Shown: positions 8,167 to 16,507 of the stretch, piece by piece
How positions within the stretch are numbered: the stretch's first letter is position 1
How the letters are laid out: each line of letters opens with the position of its first letter
From: an uncultured Bacilli bacterium
Lineage (GTDB): Bacteria > Bacillota_I > Bacilli_A > RF39 > UBA660
Direction of reading: 5' to 3'
Length of the DNA stretch: 37,505 nt
Assembly: GCA_944358235.1 (NCBI GenBank)
Contig: CALVQL010000003.1
Location: 1 to 37,505 of the forward strand
The notes under the pieces: model-generated
What the model was told of the DNA's origin: nothing
The model's input: the letters and a program-made list of their open reading frames with translations, nothing else
Database searches by the model: none
Translations under genes and position numbers: made by a program

Positions 8167-10701
8167 ATGAAGCGTAGTGAAGTCGATAGAAAAGAACTAT
8201 CCCCAATGATGTTACAATATATGGAAATTAAAGATCGATATGAAGAAGAGCTATTATTTTTCCGGCTTGGGGATTTTTATGAACTGTTCTTCGAAGATGG
8301 TGAGACTGCTGCTCGCGAACTTGAGTTGACATTAACTGGCAAAAATGCTGGGCTTAAAACGCGTGTTCCGATGTGCGGTGTGCCACATCATTCCGCTAAG
8401 TCCTACATCGAAAGATTAGTTAACAAGGGATATAAGGTAGCAATTTGTGAGCAGTTAGAAGATCCGCGTTTTACGAAAGGCATGGTCAAACGTGACGTAG
8501 TTGAAGTAGTTACTCGTGGTACAATCGTCGATTTGGAATTCTTAAATGAACATGATTTCAATTATATGGGAGGAGTAATGGATTTTGGGTATATATATAC
8601 TCTCATATACATTGATATATCGACTGGTGAAGTAAACGCTACCCTAATCGAACATAACAAGGACACTTTATTAAATGAAGTTTTAAATTTAAATTTAAAA
8701 GAGGTTATTGTAAAAAGCGATTTTTCTGTTGAAATCATCAATATCTTGAAGAACAATTATGGTATAAATATCTCCATTAATGATGAAATTTTAGATGGTG
8801 AGTACAGCAGTATTTATGAAAATGTCGATGATGAGAGAATTATTCTTGGAATAAAAAATCTGCTTTACTATCTTCGTGTCAAAGAATTAAAGGAATTGGC
8901 ACATTTATCTCATGTAAACATTATTAAAAAAGACAATTATTTGCATATGGATGTCCATACGATTCGCAATTTAGAACTTGTAGAAACTTTACGCCTTAAA
9001 GAAAGAAGGTTTTCACTGTTATGGTTGATCGATAAAGCTAAAACAGCTATGGGCTCACGTCTTTTAAAGAATTGGCTAATGAATCCCCTTAAAGATCAAG
9101 ACACGATAAATACGCGTTATGATTGTATTACAACTTTAAACAATGAATTTTTATTACGTGAAGAACTACGTAACGATCTTTATGAGGTTTACGATTTGGA
9201 ACGTCTCTGTGGTAAAGTTATATGTGGTTCACTAAATGCTCGTGATGTCTTGCAGATAAAGAATTCTTTAAAAGTACTTCCAGATATTTCGCGAATATTA
9301 AAAGAACTTAAATTCGATTATATATTAGATGAACATCATGATTTATATGATCTTTTAGAAAGAGCTATTTATGAGGATCCTCCGGTAACAGTTAAAGAAG
9401 GTTTCTTGATAAAAGAAGGATATAATGCTGAATTAGATGAACTAAAATCGATTCGTAGTGGTGGAAAAGAATTCATTTCCAATATTGAAGCTCAAGAAAG
9501 AGAGCGAACAGGAATTCAAAATCTTAAAGTAGGTTTCAATAAAGTCTTCGGTTATTATATTGAGGTTACAAAAGGGCAGATAGATAAAATTGATCCTTCT
9601 CTAGGATGGGAGCGCCGCCAGACACTTACTGGAGCAGAACGTTTCATCACTCCGGAACTAAAAGAAAAAGAAGCGCTTGTCTTAAATGCTGAAGAGAAAA
9701 TAATCGATTTAGAATATGAACTATTCGCAGAAATTCGTAAGATTCTCAAAGAAAATGTCTTTGCGTTAAAAAATACTGCTCATATCTTGAGCGAAATCGA
9801 TGCTTTAGCTAGTTTATCGATTGTATCCGAAGAGTATCATCTCGTTCGCCCTGGTTTTTCCAGTGATAAGAGTGTTCGAATCGTTAATGGGCGTCATCCT
9901 GTCGTCGAAGCTGTAAGTGGAAAAGAATATGTTGCTAATGATATCATCATGGATAACGATACATCAACTCTTTTGATTACTGGTCCGAATATGAGTGGAA
10001 AATCTACTTATATGCGTCAGTTTGCGATAATAATAATAATGGCTCAAATGGGTTCATTTGTGCCTGCAGAAGAATGTCAAATTCCGATATTTGATAATAT
10101 CTTTACTAGAATAGGAGCTAGTGACGATTTGGTCAGTGGAGAGTCGACATTTATGGTCGAAATGCTTGAAGCATGCAATGCTATTACTAATGCTACTCCT
10201 AATTCTTTAATTCTCTTTGATGAACTTGGAAGAGGAACTGCAACATATGACGGTATGAGCCTTGCTCAAGCAATTCTCGAATATATTAATACGTCTATTG
10301 GATGTAAGACGTTATTCTCAACACATTATCACGAGCTTACTGATCTTGCTAGTCGCTTTAAAGGTATTAAAAACGTCCATGTTGAAGCAATTGAAGATAA
10401 TGGAAACATTACGTTTTTACACAAAGTGTCAGATGGAGCAATTGATAAATCTTACGGTATTCATGTCGCTAGATTAGCTGGAATGCCGGAAAAACTCCTA
10501 AAAAGAGCTGAAGAAATTTTACGACATTATGAATCCAATTCTAATGAAATTGTAACTGTAGAACAAATGGCGATGGATTTTAGCGAGCCAGTCAAAGATC
10601 CTGTTCGCGATTACCTTGAGAAAATAGATCCTCTAAATATGACACCAATAGAAGCATTAAATAAACTATACGAGCTAAAAGAAATGGAGAGAAAGCGTTA
10701 A
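8167..10701 (+). CDS. mutS: DNA mismatch repair protein MutS
   Basis: SPMMLQY, FFRLGDFYELFFEDG, TGPNMSGKSTYMRQ, STFMVEM, DELGRGT, FSTHYHEL, SYGIHVA. Confidence 0.98.
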   Translation: MKRSEVDRKELSPMMLQYMEIKDRYEEELLFFRLGDFYELFFEDGETAARELELTLTGKNAGLKTRVPMCGVPHHSAKSYIERLVNKGYKVAICEQLEDPRFTKGMVKRDVVEVVTRGTIVDLEFLNEHDFNYMGGVMDFGYIYTLIYIDISTGEVNATLIEHNKDTLLNEVLNLNLKEVIVKSDFSVEIINILKNNYGINISINDEILDGEYSSIYENVDDERIILGIKNLLYYLRVKELKELAHLSHVNIIKKDNYLHMDVHTIRNLELVETLRLKERRFSLLWLIDKAKTAMGSRLLKNWLMNPLKDQDTINTRYDCITTLNNEFLLREELRNDLYEVYDLERLCGKVICGSLNARDVLQIKNSLKVLPDISRILKELKFDYILDEHHDLYDLLERAIYEDPPVTVKEGFLIKEGYNAELDELKSIRSGGKEFISNIEAQERERTGIQNLKVGFNKVFGYYIEVTKGQIDKIDPSLGWERRQTLTGAERFITPELKEKEALVLNAEEKIIDLEYELFAEIRKILKENVFALKNTAHILSEIDALASLSIVSEEYHLVRPGFSSDKSVRIVNGRHPVVEAVSGKEYVANDIIMDNDTSTLLITGPNMSGKSTYMRQFAIIIIMAQMGSFVPAEECQIPIFDNIFTRIGASDDLVSGESTFMVEMLEACNAITNATPNSLILFDELGRGTATYDGMSLAQAILEYINTSIGCKTLFSTHYHELTDLASRFKGIKNVHVEAIEDNGNITFLHKVSDGAIDKSYGIHVARLAGMPEKLLKRAEEILRHYESNSNEIVTVEQMAMDFSEPVKDPVRDYLEKIDPLNMTPIEALNKLYELKEMERKR

Positions 10702-11324
10702 TGGAATATTTGGATTATTATGATTATGAAGGAAATTTGTTAGGAAGTGCTCCACGCGATGAAGTTCATCGTGATGGACTGTGGCATAATACCGTTCATT
10801 GCTGGCTATACGATAAATCGGGAAATGTGTTTTTTCAAATTCGTGCGGACTCTAAAAAACTTTATACGACTGCATCAGGACACGTCTTAAAAGGAGAAAG
10901 CGTCAAAACAGCTTTTAAACGCGAAATAAAAGAAGAAATCGGGGCCAATATAGATGTGCGTTTTGCTCGTCTAATTAATATTTCTGTTTGGCAGATGGAT
11001 AAAGAGCGTGATGGGGTTGTATATTATAAAGACCGCGCTAAAGCTCATGTCTATGCATCTTTATATCGGGGAAAATACGACGACTTTAGCTTTGATAATA
11101 GCGAGGTTTTAGGACTCGTATTAGTTAAGGCGACAGATGCGTTAGCACTATTTAATGGCAAGAAAAAAAGTATTCCTGCACAATTTCTAAATGGTAAAGA
11201 TGAAAAAATTATTACATCTTCAGGCGAGGTAACTACTGATGACTTTCTCGTATTAAAGGACGAAACTGCGCTATCCAAATATGGTAACATCTTGGAGAAG
11301 ATAATTTCATTTGTAAAAGAGTAA
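10701..11324 (+). CDS. Nudix hydrolase (IDI type 1-like subgroup)
   Basis: Nudix box SGHVLKGESVKTAFKREIKEEIG and REVHRDGLWH-type N-terminus. TAATG coupling to mutS. Confidence 0.85.
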   Translation: MEYLDYYDYEGNLLGSAPRDEVHRDGLWHNTVHCWLYDKSGNVFFQIRADSKKLYTTASGHVLKGESVKTAFKREIKEEIGANIDVRFARLINISVWQMDKERDGVVYYKDRAKAHVYASLYRGKYDDFSFDNSEVLGLVLVKATDALALFNGKKKSIPAQFLNGKDEKIITSSGEVTTDDFLVLKDETALSKYGNILEKIISFVKE

Positions 11325-11326
11325 GA

Positions 11327-11354
11327 GGACAATTGATTATCAATTGTCTTTTTT
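11327..11354 (+). terminator. Rho-independent terminator after mutS-nudix
   Basis: GACAATTGA-tta-TCAATTGTC followed by T6. Confidence 0.8.
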
Positions 11355-11364
11355 ATGGTCAAAA

Positions 11365-11371
11365 TTCGACA
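11365..11371 (-). promoter_or_regulatory. Candidate Spo0A box
   Basis: TTCGACA is the reverse complement of TGTCGAA. Intergenic, upstream of the spoIIB-like gene. Confidence 0.35.
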
Positions 11372-11413
11372 AGTTTTGTCAGTCGTTTAAGGTATATTGA
11401 TAATGGTGATAGT

Positions 11414-11851
11414 ATGAAGAATTTGATAGCAGCAGTATTTGCAGTAATTTTGGCCATTGGAATCGGTTGTCTATTTATGAAGACAAGCGCCACCGACGAG
11501 GAAATCAAGACAGTTATGAATACTTCGGGTCAACTAAAAGCCTTTCAAATAGGTGCCTACTCAAGTGTTGATGCCGCAAACGAAAGTGCCCTAGCCGTAA
11601 ACGGAACTGTCGAATATGACGGAACATATTATTATGTCTATGCCTCGATTTTGTCGGATTCCCAGAATATCGAGCATATGATTAATTATCTAAACGAGAA
11701 CAACATTTACTATTATGTAAAAAATATAACGGCATCTGAAGCGTTCAAGAACGAATTATATAAGTACGAAGAATTGATGAAGTCGACGGCATCTGATGTG
11801 GCGTTTTTAGAGCTCAACGAGAAGATACTAGATCTATACGAGGAGGCATAA
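11414..11851 (+). CDS. Membrane-anchored SPOR-like protein; positional and motif-level SpoIIB homolog
   Basis: Likely true start is ATG 11414 (GGTGA RBS; the ORF-track start lies within a terminator). TM followed by FQIGAYSS...DGTYYYVYASI. Lies upstream of radC, where spoIIB sits in Bacillus. Confidence 0.55.
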   Translation: MKNLIAAVFAVILAIGIGCLFMKTSATDEEIKTVMNTSGQLKAFQIGAYSSVDAANESALAVNGTVEYDGTYYYVYASILSDSQNIEHMINYLNENNIYYYVKNITASEAFKNELYKYEELMKSTASDVAFLELNEKILDLYEEA

Positions 11852-11852
11852 C

Positions 11853-12539
11853 ATGCGAATTAAGGATTTACCAACAACTGAAATGCCACGCGAAAGAATG
11901 CTTCAATATGGTGTCGAAAATTTGAGTAATAGCGACTTAATTAGTATTGTATTACGGAGTGGAATTAAGGATACTTCTGTCAAGGATATCGCGAATAATA
12001 TTTTAAATCAAGTAGGAAATATCAATAATTTAAGCAACATTGGAATTCGAGAATTGTCGAATATTCATGGTGTTGGAAGTGTAAAAGCCCAGACGCTGAT
12101 GGCTGCTATCGAACTTGGCAAACGTGTTTACAATCAGGAAATAACACTCAAAATGAAATTAAACACTGTCGGAAAAGTACACGAAATGTTTAAAAGTTAT
12201 TTCTTGAATTTAAAACAAGAAAAGTTCATGGCAATATACTTGGATACTAAAAAGTGTCTCATTTCATATAAAATCCTATTTGTGGGGACCATCGATAGTA
12301 CGACTATTCATCCACGAGAAGTATTCAACGAAGCACTGAAAGTTCATGCATCATCGATTATTGTCATGCATAATCATCCATCAGGAGATCTAAGTCCAAG
12401 TAAAAACGATAAAATCGTAACTAATCATTTAATCGAAAGTGGAAAAATTATCGGAATTCCCTTAATCGATCATATTATTACAAATGGAGAAAGGTATTTT
12501 AGTTTTTATGATGAATATACGGAAAATTCTAAAAAGTAG
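11853..12539 (+). CDS. radC: RadC (JAB/MPN domain) protein
   Basis: MPRERM...LSNSDLISIVLRSG, HPREVF, HNHPSGD, DHII. Confidence 0.95.
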   Translation: MRIKDLPTTEMPRERMLQYGVENLSNSDLISIVLRSGIKDTSVKDIANNILNQVGNINNLSNIGIRELSNIHGVGSVKAQTLMAAIELGKRVYNQEITLKMKLNTVGKVHEMFKSYFLNLKQEKFMAIYLDTKKCLISYKILFVGTIDSTTIHPREVFNEALKVHASSIIVMHNHPSGDLSPSKNDKIVTNHLIESGKIIGIPLIDHIITNGERYFSFYDEYTENSKK

Positions 12540-13179
12540 TGTATTTTATCTAATAATATTTAGTTTGTTATTATTTAAAGGAAATATAATTGCTTTAATC
12601 GGCAACATCAATACTTTGATCAATAAACCAGAAAATCCGACTTCTGCCGAACTAGACATACTAAAAAATCAGATAATGACTCTTAAAGAAGAACAGGAAA
12701 AGTTGACTCATCTGCAAGAATACGCTTCATATGAATATGATTTAACTCGTCTGAGTTATCGCGAAAGTTATAAATCCGGAGACTTTTTCATTTATGGAGG
12801 ATCCGACAAGAATTACCGTAAGAATTTTGCGGTAATGAACGAGTGGGGACTTGTTGGTATCATAAATAATGTCAAGGAAGACTATTCCGAAGTTACGATA
12901 TTACCTAATGTCAAAAATTTAAGTGTCCGTATAAACGAGGCTTATGGGACATTGTGTGGATACGAAGATGGTTTATTTATTATCGAAGATATCTCTAATT
13001 ATGATAAGATCAATCTCAACGACCTCGTCTATACTTCAACATTGGGAACGATTAAAGAAAAGATATTGATTGGTAGTGTCTATAAAATCGAAGATGATAC
13101 CATTGAAAGTACTCTGTATGTAAAATCCAACGTCGACTTCTTCGATATAACATACCTATATGTCGTAGGTGATTTATGA
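12508..13179 (+). CDS. mreC: Rod shape-determining protein MreC (start uncertain: 12484, 12508 or 12511)
   Basis: TM, coiled coil, AVMNEWGLVGII, DLVYTSTLG...IGSV. Sits between radC and mreD. Confidence 0.82.
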   Translation: MMNIRKILKSSVFYLIIFSLLLFKGNIIALIGNINTLINKPENPTSAELDILKNQIMTLKEEQEKLTHLQEYASYEYDLTRLSYRESYKSGDFFIYGGSDKNYRKNFAVMNEWGLVGIINNVKEDYSEVTILPNVKNLSVRINEAYGTLCGYEDGLFIIEDISNYDKINLNDLVYTSTLGTIKEKILIGSVYKIEDDTIESTLYVKSNVDFFDITYLYVVGDL

Positions 13180-13541
13180 TATATGTAATAATCGATACGT
13201 TAACATATACCTTCACAGGTATATATCTTTGTACTTTTCTTTTTTTCTTCCATTTCATGAATATAAAAGAGATGACGCTAGCGTTAGTAGTTTTATATCT
13301 TTTAAACGAAGACGTCTTCCTCTGTTTTTTATTTCTAGTGATGTATTTGATCGATAAAATAATATTCAAGTATATCAACTATAATCTGCTAACTGCTTTA
13401 TCGATGTTTACTTTTTATTATTTAATCATCAATACTATTGATATTTCGTATTTTGTAAACCTAATTTTAGTTATTATTCTATACTGTCAAAAATATAATG
13501 TTTTAGGTGATCATCATGCGATTAAAAGAATCTCTTTTTAG
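13176..13541 (+). CDS. Short multi-TM protein, probably a divergent MreD
   Basis: Fully hydrophobic 121 aa, ATGA-coupled to mreC. Assignment is positional only. Confidence 0.5.
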   Translation: MIYVIIDTLTYTFTGIYLCTFLFFFHFMNIKEMTLALVVLYLLNEDVFLCFLFLVMYLIDKIIFKYINYNLLTALSMFTFYYLIINTIDISYFVNLILVIILYCQKYNVLGDHHAIKRISF

Positions 13542-14046
13542 TTTCTTTATAAGAACATTATTAGCTTTAATAATGTTCTTTTCTATATCAATTTATCTAA
13601 GTGACGATGAGAATTATTTTGCATCTAAGGATTTTTTCTTTTCATCAAACATCGATTTTTCATATATAAAAAGTAAACTGAACGTTTTGATGGGAGAGTA
13701 TTTAGGTATTGGTGGTGAGCAGTTTGTTACTAGTGAGAAATTAAACTATAAAGATGTCATCAAAGTTGATGATAGCTATTATTTTACAACGGATTATAAT
13801 TATGTATTAAATAATCTTGCTAGTGGAGTAGTTATATTTATTGGTGAGCAAAATAAGCTTGGAAGTACTATTATTATCAGCAGTGATGACGGGACGAATT
13901 ATTGGTATTCTAACATTGAAAACATCAATGTAAATCTTTATGATTACATTGAAAAGGGAGTTATTATTGGAAGTACAATCGGTAATAGTTTTTATTTAAC
14001 TCTCGAAAAAAATGGAGAGTACTTAAATTATGAAGATTATATTTAA
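13516..14046 (+). CDS. spoIVFA: SpoIVFA-like protein (TM plus degenerate M23/LytM domain)
   Basis: SGVVIFIG...LGSTIII...YWYSNIENINVNLYDYIEKG, with no HxH zinc motif. AGGTGA RBS before ATG 13516. Precedes spoIVFB. Confidence 0.75.
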   Translation: MRLKESLFSFFIRTLLALIMFFSISIYLSDDENYFASKDFFFSSNIDFSYIKSKLNVLMGEYLGIGGEQFVTSEKLNYKDVIKVDDSYYFTTDYNYVLNNLASGVVIFIGEQNKLGSTIIISSDDGTNYWYSNIENINVNLYDYIEKGVIIGSTIGNSFYLTLEKNGEYLNYEDYI

Positions 14047-14755
14047 AGTTAGTATATTCACGTATATCTATGCTGTATTGATGATCTTTATGGGATACAT
14101 TAACGTTCTAATATTGACTGCAGTCGTTTTGTTAATTCATGAACTAGGACATATCCTATTTATCAAATTCTTTGGTTATAAAATTAAAAGTATCTCTCTT
14201 TACCCATGTGGTGCTATTATTGATACTGATATAACTATTAATGTTCCTTCATCAAAGCTTTTCTTTATCAGCATCGCAGGAGTTATGATGCAAATATTGT
14301 TAGAAATCGTCACCTTCAACTGGAACGGTTATAATACTGAATTATTACATCGAATTAACCATTTCGTCATATTATTTAATTTGTTTCCTATTTATCCTTT
14401 GGACGGGTATAAAATTATTCTTTCGATATTAGAAAACCTCGGCAAGTACAAATTGGTGGTTAAAATAACTTATGGGATTAGCTTTACCGCTCTTTTAATT
14501 CTATTTTTCTTGAGTAAAAATATCTTGATGTTTGTTCTTCTGTACGTTTTTAATATAAATTATATCTTAATACATCCATACTATTATCATAAATTCTTAT
14601 TAGAACGTTTTCTTTATCCTTACCGGTGGAAACATTCTAAAAAGACAAAATGCTTAAAAGATATGTATAAAACTAGAAATAATTATATAAGATGTGGTAA
14701 TATATATATCGAAGAGGAAGAGATGCTAAAGCGAGTTTTTGGTAATGTTTATTGA
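14030..14755 (+). CDS. spoIVFB: SpoIVFB-like M50 intramembrane metalloprotease (pro-sigma-K processing)
   Basis: HELGH, LYPCGA and FNLFPIYPLDG motifs, plus KFLLERF. Upstream of rplU, as in Bacillus. Confidence 0.8.
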   Translation: MKIIFKVSIFTYIYAVLMIFMGYINVLILTAVVLLIHELGHILFIKFFGYKIKSISLYPCGAIIDTDITINVPSSKLFFISIAGVMMQILLEIVTFNWNGYNTELLHRINHFVILFNLFPIYPLDGYKIILSILENLGKYKLVVKITYGISFTALLILFFLSKNILMFVLLYVFNINYILIHPYYYHKFLLERFLYPYRWKHSKKTKCLKDMYKTRNNYIRCGNIYIEEEEMLKRVFGNVY

Positions 14756-14780
14756 CATTATCGGCTTTTTTTGGTATCAT
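14752..14780 (+). promoter_or_regulatory. Sigma-A promoter of the rplU operon
   Basis: TTGACA-N17-TATCAT with extended TG. Confidence 0.85.
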
Positions 14781-14784
14781 CTAA

Positions 14785-14858
14785 CATGTTTGTAAGTCTT
14801 TCTTACGAACCGCACTGAAAAGGTTATAAGTTGTTTACAACACCTCAAGGGCGAGTCT
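14785..14858 (+). ncRNA. L21 leader (ribosomal protein cis-regulatory RNA)
   Basis: ACCGCAC...AGGT.AT.AAG...CACCT...GGCGAGTCT elements in the 5' UTR of rplU. Boundaries are approximate. Confidence 0.75.
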
Positions 14859-14884
14859 TCAAATTTATTAAAGGAGGTTAAGTA

Positions 14885-15184
14885 ATGAAAGCAATATTCG
14901 AAACTGGTGGAAAACAATACTATGTTCAAGAAGGCGACGTTATCTACGTTGAAAAACTAAATGCTGAAGTTGGAAGTACTATCGACTTTACAGAAGTTTT
15001 ATGCGTCGGAGATAAAACTGGAACACCTTATGTTTCTGGTGCAAAGGTAACATGTGAAGTTGAAAAGCACGGCAAGAACAAAAAAATCGTCGTTTTCAAG
15101 TATAAACCAAAGAAGAAATATCGTAATACCAGAGGACATAGACAGCCATATACTAAGCTTGTTGTTAAAAAGATTGTTGGTTAA
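14885..15184 (+). CDS. rplU: 50S ribosomal protein L21
   Basis: [10 protein letters not shown] and GHRQPYT motifs. RBS AAGGAGG. Confidence 0.98.
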   Translation: MKAIFETGGKQYYVQEGDVIYVEKLNAEVGSTIDFTEVLCVGDKTGTPYVSGAKVTCEVEKHGKNKKIVVFKYKPKKKYRNTRGHRQPYTKLVVKKIVG

Positions 15185-15186
15185 TT

Positions 15187-15483
15187 ATGATTACAGTAAA
15201 GAAAAAAGATAATGTCATAACGATTAGTGGACATGCCGGGTATGAAAAAACAGGTGAAGATATCGTATGTGCTAGTGTTAGTTCAATCATGTACACGACA
15301 CTTAATGCGATTTTACGCTTTTCCAATGACGCTATTTCCTATGAGGATGATAAGAAGAAAGTTACGATAGTTAACAAGAAAGGCGATAATATCACAAATA
15401 CATTGCTTTCCAATATGATGTCGTTATTTTTGGAATTGGCGATGCAATACCCAAAAAATATTAAAATTGAAAGTGAGGAATAG
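15187..15483 (+). CDS. prp: Ribosomal-processing cysteine protease Prp (YsxB)
   Basis: SGHAGY...DIVCASVS catalytic His/Cys. Lies between rplU and rpmA. Confidence 0.93.
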   Translation: MITVKKKDNVITISGHAGYEKTGEDIVCASVSSIMYTTLNAILRFSNDAISYEDDKKKVTIVNKKGDNITNTLLSNMMSLFLELAMQYPKNIKIESEE

Positions 15484-15486
15484 AGA

Positions 15487-15792
15487 ATGATTAATCCATA
15501 TGATTTCATCAATATGATTTCTTTAGATATTCAACGTTTCGCACATAAAAAAGGACAGTCAAGTACTCAAAATGGTCGTGATAGTGAAGGTCGTAGACTT
15601 GGAGCAAAAGCTGCTGATGGTCAGGTAATAAATGCTGGAACGATTATTTATCGTCAGAGAGGAACGAAGATTTACCCAGGAAAGAATGTCGGAATGGGAA
15701 AAGATCATACGTTATATGCTTTGATTAGAGGAACTGTAAAATATGAGCGTTGTGGTCGAAACAAGAAAAAAGTAAGTGTTTACGAAGTGTAA
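15487..15792 (+). CDS. rpmA: 50S ribosomal protein L27 with cleavable N-terminal extension
   Basis: LDIQRF|[21 protein letters not shown]. Confidence 0.97.
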   Translation: MINPYDFINMISLDIQRFAHKKGQSSTQNGRDSEGRRLGAKAADGQVINAGTIIYRQRGTKIYPGKNVGMGKDHTLYALIRGTVKYERCGRNKKKVSVYEV

Positions 15793-15805
15793 ACACTCTT
15801 TTTTT
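15775..15805 (+). terminator. Terminator of rplU-prp-rpmA
   Basis: AGTGTTTAC-gaagt-GTAAACACT-c-T7. Confidence 0.8.
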
Positions 15806-15848
15806 GCATAAAAAAGCCCGATTTTTATAAAATATATTAGGTGATAAG

Positions 15849-16205
15849 ATGGAGGAAAAGAAAGAAAAATTTAAAACTTTTGTCAGTCATCATCCGGAAT
15901 TAGTGTCATTTATCAGAAGTAAAGAGATGACGTGGCAGGATTTTTATGAGATATATGATATATACGGAGAAGATGATTCGGCATGGAATCAGTATTTCTC
16001 CGCTGGCGAGTTAGAAAGCGATACAAATACTAAAGATAAAGTTTCTGAGCTTACGAGTATATTCAAAAATGTAAACATGGATAGCATTCAAAGACATGTG
16101 AATAATGCTCAAAAGGCGATTAATATTATTCAAGAACTTACCAAAAAAAGTCCCGAAGTGGTGAGTAAAACTTCCAGACCGATTACTAAGTTTTACGGAG
16201 ATTAA
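15849..16205 (+). CDS. ylbD: YlbD-family spore coat protein
   Basis: FKTFVSHHPEL, TWQDFYEIYDIYGEDDSAW, MDSIQRHV. Confidence 0.8.
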   Translation: MEEKKEKFKTFVSHHPELVSFIRSKEMTWQDFYEIYDIYGEDDSAWNQYFSAGELESDTNTKDKVSELTSIFKNVNMDSIQRHVNNAQKAINIIQELTKKSPEVVSKTSRPITKFYGD

Positions 16206-16426
16206 TGGAACTATCTATTGTATTAGAAATCGAAAAAGATGCTAAATTACACGAATATCTTATGCATCATTCCTACTGGTATCGCCTTTTAAATCGTGAT
16301 CAAAAGAACTTTGAAGCATTAAAAAAAGAATACAAGACCTTTAAAAGAAATGCCAACTTTGACAAAGTAAACAACGTAGTTGAGAACTTGGAACTCGTAA
16401 GTAATATTATGAAAATTGTAGAATAG
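16205..16426 (+). CDS. ylbE: YlbE-like protein
   Basis: YLMHHSYWYRLLNR motif. TAATG-coupled to ylbD. Confidence 0.75.
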   Translation: MELSIVLEIEKDAKLHEYLMHHSYWYRLLNRDQKNFEALKKEYKTFKRNANFDKVNNVVENLELVSNIMKIVE

Positions 16427-16447
16427 GAGAAAAACTTCTCTTTTTTT
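16425..16447 (+). terminator. Terminator after ylbDE
   Basis: GAGAA-aaac-TTCTC plus T7. Confidence 0.6.
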
Positions 16448-16448
16448 A

Positions 16449-16477
16449 TTGAAAAAATGAGAATCTTAACTTATAAT
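16449..16477 (+). promoter_or_regulatory. Sigma-A promoter of the large pilin gene
   Basis: TTGAAA-N17-TATAAT. Confidence 0.7.
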
Positions 16478-16507
16478 ATTTATAGAATAGAAAGATAGGT
16501 TTGAATT

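Noticed and set aside
11333-11413. N-terminal extension of the 11333 ORF in the ORF track
   Set aside because: It starts inside a terminator hairpin. ATG 11414 has a proper RBS and begins the TM segment.
11853-12539. radC as a marker of a mobile element
   Set aside because: It is the full-length chromosomal form in the conserved radC-mre context, with no integrase, transposase or att sites nearby.
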